Shown piece after piece: positions 7,923 to 10,812 of a stretch of 10,812 bases of DNA. The notes below the pieces were generated by a model, which was not told the origin of the DNA, did not search any database, and saw nothing but the letters and a program-made list of their open reading frames with translations. The position numbers and the translations under genes are program-made. This stretch comes from a virus. Location of the stretch: UHGV virus genome UHGV-0284389; one strand, 5' to 3'. Positions within the stretch are counted from its first letter, which is position 1, and every line of letters begins with the position of its first letter.

Positions 7923-8237
7923 ATGAAAAAGACTCCTTGGGAGAAATGGGAAGTCGGTTTCTTGCGCGAAGTAGCGGCAACAATGCCAGTTGAAGTTATC
8001 GCTGAAAAACTGGAAAGGACTGAAAAAGCAGTAATGGCGAAAGCAACAAGGATTGGCGCTGACATTGTTAGCCGACTTCGTGGAAGACGATGGACAAGAG
8101 CCGAAGTATCACTTTTCGGTAAGTTCTCCGCAGAAGAAATAGCAATTGCAACCTGCCGCTCAATTTATTCAGTGAGAGCTATGCGATACAAGCTAAAAAA
8201 ACTCGATGAAGAGAGAACAGGCATACAAATAAATTAA
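7923..8237 (+). CDS. hypothetical protein (104 aa) with an internal tandem duplication of a ~40-aa helix-rich motif
   Basis: Two similar segments: [40 protein letters not shown] and [38 protein letters not shown]. Possibly tandem HTH-like units. Confidence 0.55.
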   Translation: MKKTPWEKWEVGFLREVAATMPVEVIAEKLERTEKAVMAKATRIGADIVSRLRGRRWTRAEVSLFGKFSAEEIAIATCRSIYSVRAMRYKLKKLDEERTGIQIN

Positions 8238-8253
8238 CAAAGAGGAATTTACC

Positions 8254-8421
8254 ATGAGAGGGCTTGCATACAATCCCGGCATTCTTCCGGCAGAAATGAT
8301 TATTCGCCAACGCGTAAAGCCAATGCCATCGAGAGAGGAATTGCTTAAGAGAAATTCTTTTCCATCAGTGAATCAAAACAAATATCTGAATGCGATGTGG
8401 CGCAAAGGAGGCAACCAGTGA
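8254..8421 (+). CDS. small hypothetical protein (55 aa)
   Basis: ATG at 8254 with RBS AGAGG; its stop overlaps the next gene's GTG start (GTGA). [55 protein letters not shown]. Confidence 0.4.
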   Translation: MRGLAYNPGILPAEMIIRQRVKPMPSREELLKRNSFPSVNQNKYLNAMWRKGGNQ

Positions 8422-8861
8422 GCAAGATTGATTATCAGGCACTGCGTGCTAAGGCAGAAAAAGCAACGTGTGGTGAGTGGTCGCTCGAATATGGAGAGGG
8501 CCGATTTGATGGTGATGATGCACTAATTCATCGCGAGGCTGCTGGATATATTCCCATTTGCAGAATTGAAGGAGCGCATCCTGAAAGCGGTTTCGATGAA
8601 GATTTCCAAATGGAACAGCAGGCCAATGCTGAATTCATCGCCGCAGCCAGCCCAGCTACCGTGCTGGAATTACTGGATGAACTGGAAGCAGCAAAAAAGC
8701 GCATTGCAGAACTGGAAGCGCGGGAAATACTGCTCCCGGAACGTAGCAGCATGCTTCATCGAACAGATTTTCACGAGGATTACCAAACGGTAATGGCATA
8801 CAAAGTTTCTGAGGTCATCGCTGCAATCCGCGCCGCTGGCATTCGCATCAAAGGAGAGTGA
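8418..8861 (+). CDS. Ead/Ea22-like family protein
   Basis: Probable GTG start at 8418 with a strong RBS AAAGGAGG (the track starts at a GTG at 8397, which would lie in the RBS). Motifs CGEW...[16 protein letters not shown]...[36 protein letters not shown] are typical of Ead/Ea22-like prophage proteins. Confidence 0.6.
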   Translation: MSKIDYQALRAKAEKATCGEWSLEYGEGRFDGDDALIHREAAGYIPICRIEGAHPESGFDEDFQMEQQANAEFIAAASPATVLELLDELEAAKKRIAELEAREILLPERSSMLHRTDFHEDYQTVMAYKVSEVIAAIRAAGIRIKGE

Positions 8862-8862
8862 G

Positions 8863-9054
8863 ATGGACGGACAAATATCAATCGTTCGACCAGGAGCATG
8901 TGACGATCGCGAAATACGAATAATTATTCGTCTGGCAATGGGGAAAGCAATAACTGCTCTCATTACCCCAGAAAATCTCGCATTAGCATTAACAGGAAAG
9001 TCAGACCTGCCAGTAGAGCTAAAGCTGCGAAATGTTGAGATTAAGGTGAAATAG
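8863..9054 (+). CDS. small hypothetical protein (63 aa)
   Basis: ATG at 8863 with RBS AAAGGAG; tightly packed between the ead-like and DUF551 genes. Confidence 0.45.
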   Translation: MDGQISIVRPGACDDREIRIIIRLAMGKAITALITPENLALALTGKSDLPVELKLRNVEIKVK

Positions 9055-9056
9055 CT

Positions 9057-9596
9057 ATGACCACTATTACCAAAGAACGTATCGAATTATTCATTAAAAA
9101 TCCGCTTGATAACGGGCTTACCCGTGGCGAACAAATGGAAGTGGCACGGATTGCACTGGCATCACTGGGAGCAGAACCTGTAAGCCAAACTTACAACTTT
9201 CCAGAATTAATCGAAGGCATGGAGGTTTCCATTGATGTAAGCACTTGTGATGCGGATTTAGGTAATCGCTATTTCGGTATCGTCACCGAGGCGTTAGAAC
9301 TTGATACTGCCAAGAATGGTTACATCCTCCCGGTTCAGGACGCAGAGCCAAACTTCGATATAAATGGCAACTCTCCGGTAACTCCGGATGGTTGGATAAG
9401 CTGTAGTGAGCGAATGCCGGAAGAAACGGGTGACATTATTGTTGTTTCTGATGGCATTGTAATGTCAGGGATTTCTTATTCTCGTCGTGACGGGTTCTAT
9501 ATAGCCGCATTGGAGTACGACGACGATGAGCCAATTGGCGGTGTAACCCACTGGATGCCGCTACCGGAACCGCCGCAGGAGGTTAACCGTGGCTAA
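9057..9596 (+). CDS. DUF551 domain-containing phage protein
   Basis: C-terminal DGWISCSERMPEETGDIIVV...GGVTHWMPLPEPP is the hallmark DUF551 motif common in enterobacterial prophage ea regions. Confidence 0.6.
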   Translation: MTTITKERIELFIKNPLDNGLTRGEQMEVARIALASLGAEPVSQTYNFPELIEGMEVSIDVSTCDADLGNRYFGIVTEALELDTAKNGYILPVQDAEPNFDINGNSPVTPDGWISCSERMPEETGDIIVVSDGIVMSGISYSRRDGFYIAALEYDDDEPIGGVTHWMPLPEPPQEVNRG

Positions 9597-9873
9597 CCTG
9601 CAACTTGCCGTCAAAGGTGAATACTTCGATGCCATGATTCGCAGAGAGAAAACTGAAGAGTATCGCCTGTGTAATGACTATTGGAATAAGCGCCTCGTTA
9701 ACCGTAAGTATGACCGCCTGATTATCACAAAGGGATATCCGAAGCGCGACGATTCCAGCCGTAGAATTGACGTCCCGTATGAAGAGTATGAAATAAAAAC
9801 AATCACACATCCGCACTTCGGTGATAAACCGGTAAAGGTGTTCGCGATAAAGGTGAATATCGACAATGAATGA
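9589..9873 (+). CDS. ASCH/PUA-like domain protein (hypothetical)
   Basis: GTG start with RBS AGGAGG 6 nt upstream, overlapping the previous stop. LQLAVKGEYFDAMIRREKTEEYRL...RLIITKGYP resembles ASCH/DUF3850-type small phage proteins; assignment is tentative. Confidence 0.4.
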   Translation: MANLQLAVKGEYFDAMIRREKTEEYRLCNDYWNKRLVNRKYDRLIITKGYPKRDDSSRRIDVPYEEYEIKTITHPHFGDKPVKVFAIKVNIDNE

Positions 9874-9945
9874 CAATCCTCGCACTCGCGTGGATTTCTT
9901 TTATCTGAACTCGCTACGGCGAGTTTTGTTTTATGGAGATGATAA

Positions 9946-10113
9946 ATGCACTTCCGAGTCACTGGTGAATGGAATGGAGAGCCATTCGACAGGGTTATCG
10001 AAGCAGAGGACATCAACGACTGCTATAACCACTGGATGATATGGGCGCAGATAGCGCATGCAGACGTAACCAATATTCGAATTGAAGAACTGAAAGAACA
10101 CCAAGCCGCCTGA
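9946..10113 (+). CDS. small hypothetical protein (55 aa)
   Basis: ATG at 9946 with GGAG RBS; the stop codon sits in the loop of the terminator at 10103-10128. MHFRVTGEWNGEPFDRVIEAEDINDCYNHWMIWAQIAHADVTNIRIEELKEHQAA. Confidence 0.4.
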   Translation: MHFRVTGEWNGEPFDRVIEAEDINDCYNHWMIWAQIAHADVTNIRIEELKEHQAA

Positions 10114-10128
10114 TGGCGGTTTTTTATT
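10103..10128 (+). terminator. rho-independent terminator
   Basis: AAGCCGCC-(TGAT)-GGCGGTTT followed by TTTTTATT. Confidence 0.7.
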
Positions 10129-10170
10129 GCCTGATTTGCAGGTTCGATTCCCTATTCAGAGATAGCACTC

Positions 10171-10371
10171 ATGCAACACGAACTACAACCTGATTCACTG
10201 GTTGATTTGAAATTCATCATGGCTGATACTGGCTTCGGTAAAACCTTCATCTATGACCGGATTAAGTCCGGCGACCTGCCAAAAGCCAAAGTTATCCACG
10301 GTCGAGCAAGATGGTTATATCGTGACCATTGTGAATTCAAAAATAAGCTCTTAAGCCGCGCCAATGGGTAA
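10171..10371 (+). CDS. AlpA-family / excisionase (Xis)-like DNA-binding protein
   Basis: 66 aa. LVDLKFIMADTGFGKTFIYDRIKSGDLPKAKVIHGRARWLYRDHCEF fits the AlpA/Xis winged-helix pattern (G.S..TIY..I..G.FP.P.K.G.R..RW). It sits at the distal end of the PL-direction operon where xis is expected. Confidence 0.55.
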   Translation: MQHELQPDSLVDLKFIMADTGFGKTFIYDRIKSGDLPKAKVIHGRARWLYRDHCEFKNKLLSRANG

Positions 10372-10707
10372 AATAGCGGGTAAAATATTTCTCACATCTA
10401 AAAAACACCATTCCAATCAATCCCCTGCTGCTTCAAGTAGATGTCTGCAGGGGACACCATATAAACGTTGCCCGCCATTCACCACGATGACCTAAACGCC
10501 AGCCAGAACGTATTCTTCTCGTAATCATAATTAGCCAACGATTTCAGTATGGTTAGTCCTGCCAGAAAGGAACGTGTCTTTGTCGATCACGCACACAATA
10601 AACCGACAGCAACGCGCATTTCTGCGTACAATACCTTCTGAATTTTTCAGTCACTAGCCGCGACCTTTTACAACCTTCTCTGGACGATACAGGAGCCAGG
10701 CGTTGAT

Positions 10708-10812
10708 ATGAAACAGATCACCCTCAGCGATATGCAGCAGCAGAGCGAAGCGGCAGCCAGTGCTCCGCGCCTGCGTGCCCATCGCAATTTTCATCCTGAA
10801 CTGAGCGACCCG
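10708..10812 (+). CDS. 5' fragment of an unidentified gene (possibly host or junction-proximal), continues beyond window
   Basis: ATG at 10708 (AGGAG 12 nt upstream, long spacing). MKQITLSDMQQQSEAAASAPRLRAHRNFHPELSDP. Does not resemble a tyrosine-integrase N-terminus. Confidence 0.3.
   Translation, partial: MKQITLSDMQQQSEAAASAPRLRAHRNFHPELSDP

Noticed and set aside
8528-8963. ORFs 8528-8752 (-), 8566-8793 (+) and 8670-8963 (-) overlapping the ead-like gene
   Set aside because: Alternative-frame or antisense artefacts; low-complexity translations.
9583-10016. Minus-strand ORFs 9583-9885 and 9678-10016
   Set aside because: They overlap the plus-strand ASCH-like gene and the downstream small gene, run against the operon direction, and lack start signals.
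10138-10152. tRNA T-loop-like motif GGTTCGATTCC upstream of the xis-like gene
   Set aside because: Flanking bases cannot form a T-stem (only 2 of 5 bp pair) and no acceptor stem or CCA context exists, so it is not a tRNA gene; at most a short coincidental match or att-core remnant.

Overview
This window is the early/immunity region of a lambdoid prophage (E. coli/Shigella-like), laid out in reverse relative to the usual lambda map, and it looks defective. Reading by eye only, no searches were run. On the minus strand: a partial IS911-like (IS3 family) element at 1-139 is inserted into a T7 gp4-like primase-helicase gene, removing the distal helicase motifs. Upstream of that lie an O-like replication initiator with an internal iteron/AT-rich origin, a small coupled ORF, a cII homologue, lambda-type nutR, and phage 434-type cro. 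The divergent operator region carries the three canonical 434 OR sites, followed on the plus strand by 434-type cI. Coupled to cI at the rex position is a gene for a small secreted protein of unknown function. Then come three 434-type OL sites, a lambda-type PL leader with nutL, lambda-like N, a low-GC moron with its own terminator, a cIII homologue, small coupled ORFs, RecT, a Gp157-like gene, Ead/Ea22-like, DUF551 and ASCH-like genes, and an AlpA/Xis-like gene. No integrase ORF follows xis before the window ends. The best candidates for undescribed accessory functions are the cI-coupled secreted protein (4030-4410) and the low-GC moron downstream of N (5318-5788).
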